Shown one piece after another: positions 61,815-64,000 of a DNA stretch of 64,000 nt (the stretch's first letter is position 1; every line of letters begins with the position of its first letter). The stretch is taken from the NCBI RefSeq assembly GCF_001194135.2, contig NC_068981.1, positions 158,180,356 to 158,244,355 of the forward strand, read 5' to 3'. The notes under the pieces are model-generated. The model saw only the letters and a list, made by a program, of their open reading frames with translations. It was not told where the DNA came from and made no database searches. This DNA is from Octopus bimaculoides. Its lineage: Eukaryota. A program made the position numbers and the translations under genes.

Positions 61815-62095
61815 TTGCTGGCATTACATAATAGCTCCTGTGCCAGTGCCACATATAAAACACCTATGTTGGCACCACATATAATGCACCTGTATCAGTG
61901 TCACGTACAAAGCACATGCACAGTGCCACATGAAAAAACACCCAGTATACTCTGTAAAGTGGTTGGCATTAGGAAGAGCATTGTAGAAACCATGCTAAAA
62001 CAGACAACTGGAGCCTGGGCAGCTCTTCAGCTGTCCAGCTCCTGTTGAACTGTCTAACCCATGCCTGCATGGAAACCAAACATTAAATGATGATA
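61815..62095 (+). mobile_element. RTE-type 3' tail with short repeat array
   Basis: gtgccacatataaaacacc repeats, then ggttggcattaggaagagcat..catgcctgcatggaa..(TGA)n. Confidence 0.85.
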
Positions 62096-62929
62096 TGTGG
62101 GTTTGTACATATATACATATACATACACATAAATACACGTATATGCATACATACATATATGTGTGTGTGTGTGTGTGTGTATTCACATTATGTGCAACAA
62201 AAGCAGTACTAGATTAAAATAGTCATCTGTGTATTTACTTAATGCAAATACCTTGCTGAAAGGCAAATTAATTGCAGTATTTATCTGGAAGTAATATTTC
62301 TTATGGATGTACTTGTGTTTGAATAACACAAATATTTCAGCAGCAGATGAAAATTGTCCAGCAGTTGTCTTGAGAATGCTAGATGTACATTTCTGCCTCT
62401 TAGATCTTTCTCAGTAGCATGTACTCACTGTTAACCACATGATAAAGCAAAGTCTGTCACTACTGATATAGAAAAGCAGTGATTAAAAAGTCATTGGTGT
62501 TGCAATTGGACACCCTGTTGTATAGAGAGCTATACTGCTTCATAGTTTGGTAGGTAGATTTGTATATGTACAGTGTTTATGTTGTATTTTGCATATTTTA
62601 ATAGTTGCTGTGTCATATTGCTGAACCCAGTGTACTACTTAACATGGCTAGCATTTAGTCTTGTTTTATTGCATTGAATAACATGTATGTATATAAAGAA
62701 CTTCATGTACTTAGATGAACACTTTACTGTGAGTTGCATAGACTCTTATGAGAGGCATCATAATGGGAACAAAGATGAGATTTGAGTTGACACATTAAAT
62801 GACAACAAATTAACATTGTAACAACACACCAGGCAAGTAATAACATATCAGATTGATAAAACATACAATGCTTATAGTCAGAAAGTATCAGAAAATGGAG
62901 GAATTGTTGAAGTATTTGAGGAATAACTT

Positions 62930-63570
62930 AATAAAAAAATAAATTTGCCTGTCCAAAGCATTTTCATTAGTTTGTCCTAATTGTCCATGCTTGTTTTCAA
63001 ACTTTTAGTTAACCAGGTTTCCTTTCATAAGTTCCAATTTTTTCTAGTGGTTTGAAAAAATAGCTGGGAATGTATATCATATATGATACATAGATACCAA
63101 GGAAATATGGTCCGTGTGTCACCTGCGAGACATACAACAGGCAAAGGGTTAAGATTGTTTAAGACACATACCTTCAAATAATCAGTATCTATTCAAAAAT
63201 TACTGAAAATGTCTGTAAGTGATTACACTAGTTGTGCATGCATCAGTTGATCTCAAGTAATTTATACAAAAGGAAAAAAATTTCCAGTTGTTTGGCAACA
63301 ATCTAAAATCTACGCCCCCAAAAAACTGAACTCAACAAATAGGACTGCTAAATCTTTTTCAAAAATTTTGATTAATAGAACTGCTAAGTCTTTTTCAATA
63401 GTTTTGAATACAAATCCAGAAAATTATGAAGATTTGCAGTAGGAGTAAATAGTGATAAATTTTCAGCAAACAACTTGAATGAAAATACTATGTGACTGTT
63501 ATTAGCTGTTATGATATCAATGAAATAAATATCAACTACATCTCTATCACCAATACTGGTCAGCACTAAT
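62930..63570 (-). mobile_element. Possible heavily decayed CR1/L2 RT remnant
   Basis: Weak motif echoes: VDIYFID.., FKLFAENL (cf. KLFADD), EKDLAVL (cf. EKDLGV). Confidence 0.35.
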
Positions 63571-63741
63571 AACTCTATGAACAGTAATGCTTATAAATGG
63601 CACTCAACTAACTCTCACATAAAATGACACGGTATCTTTGCTGGCAGACTCATGCTGGAGTACCCCCTTGGTACTTCAACCCTTTAGTATTTAATAAGCC
63701 ATATCTGGCTCAAACATTCTACCTGTTTTATGTTAAAGACC

Positions 63742-64000
63742 CCCTTCAGTCGTCATGAATGACCATGGTATTGCACCTAAAAAGTTCCCCTCCGTGGCAT
63801 AAGTTCAGGCAAGGTTATTTGTGGAAGACCGACAGTTGCCCATGCATATCTGCCTCCTCTCTCCATGCTACTGATGTTATCCATGGGAAAGACAAAGGCT
63901 GATACAACTTGGCACCAGTGACATTGGAACTCATTTCTACAGCTGAGTGAACATGAAAATAAAGTGTCTTGCTCAAGAACACAGCATACAGCTCAGTCCA
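63742..64000 (-). mobile_element. SINE family C, runs off the window end; follows the left half of a piggyBac-like MITE (63676-63740)
   Basis: Aligns with 1722-1980 (gtcatgaatgaccatgg..aaagtgtcttgctcaagaacac). Confidence 0.85.

Overview
Repeat-dominated eukaryotic DNA, AT-rich, with many (TA)n/(CA)n/(TAGA)n microsatellites and N gaps. The SINE and LINE families look like those of a coleoid cephalopod, most likely Octopus; this is recognition from memory, not a database search. I cannot support any host protein-coding exon. Nearly all ORFs in the supplied track are microsatellite or N-run artefacts, and every recognisable peptide belongs to a transposable element. These include RLE-type (R4/Dong-like) LINEs, RTE, CR1-type, a young Tx1/L1-like LINE with an open ORF1, Penelope-like elements (RT and GIY-YIG pieces), Helitron derivatives, mariner/maT elements, piggyBac-like MITEs and at least four tRNA-derived SINE families. 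Best second-look items: (1) a LINE inserted inside a SINE whose family shares that LINE's 3' tail, plus a second SINE/LINE tail pair with a compensatory base change; (2) minimal hammerhead-ribozyme motifs in Penelope-type inverted repeats; (3) an old RLE LINE with twin-priming-like inverted geometry, split by an RTE insertion; (4) a foldback element with head-to-head telomere-like repeats; (5) alternating CpG-retaining and CpG-depleted domains. I found nothing I can establish as a wholly new biological system. Boundaries without a TSD or TIR are approximate (about +/-20 bp).
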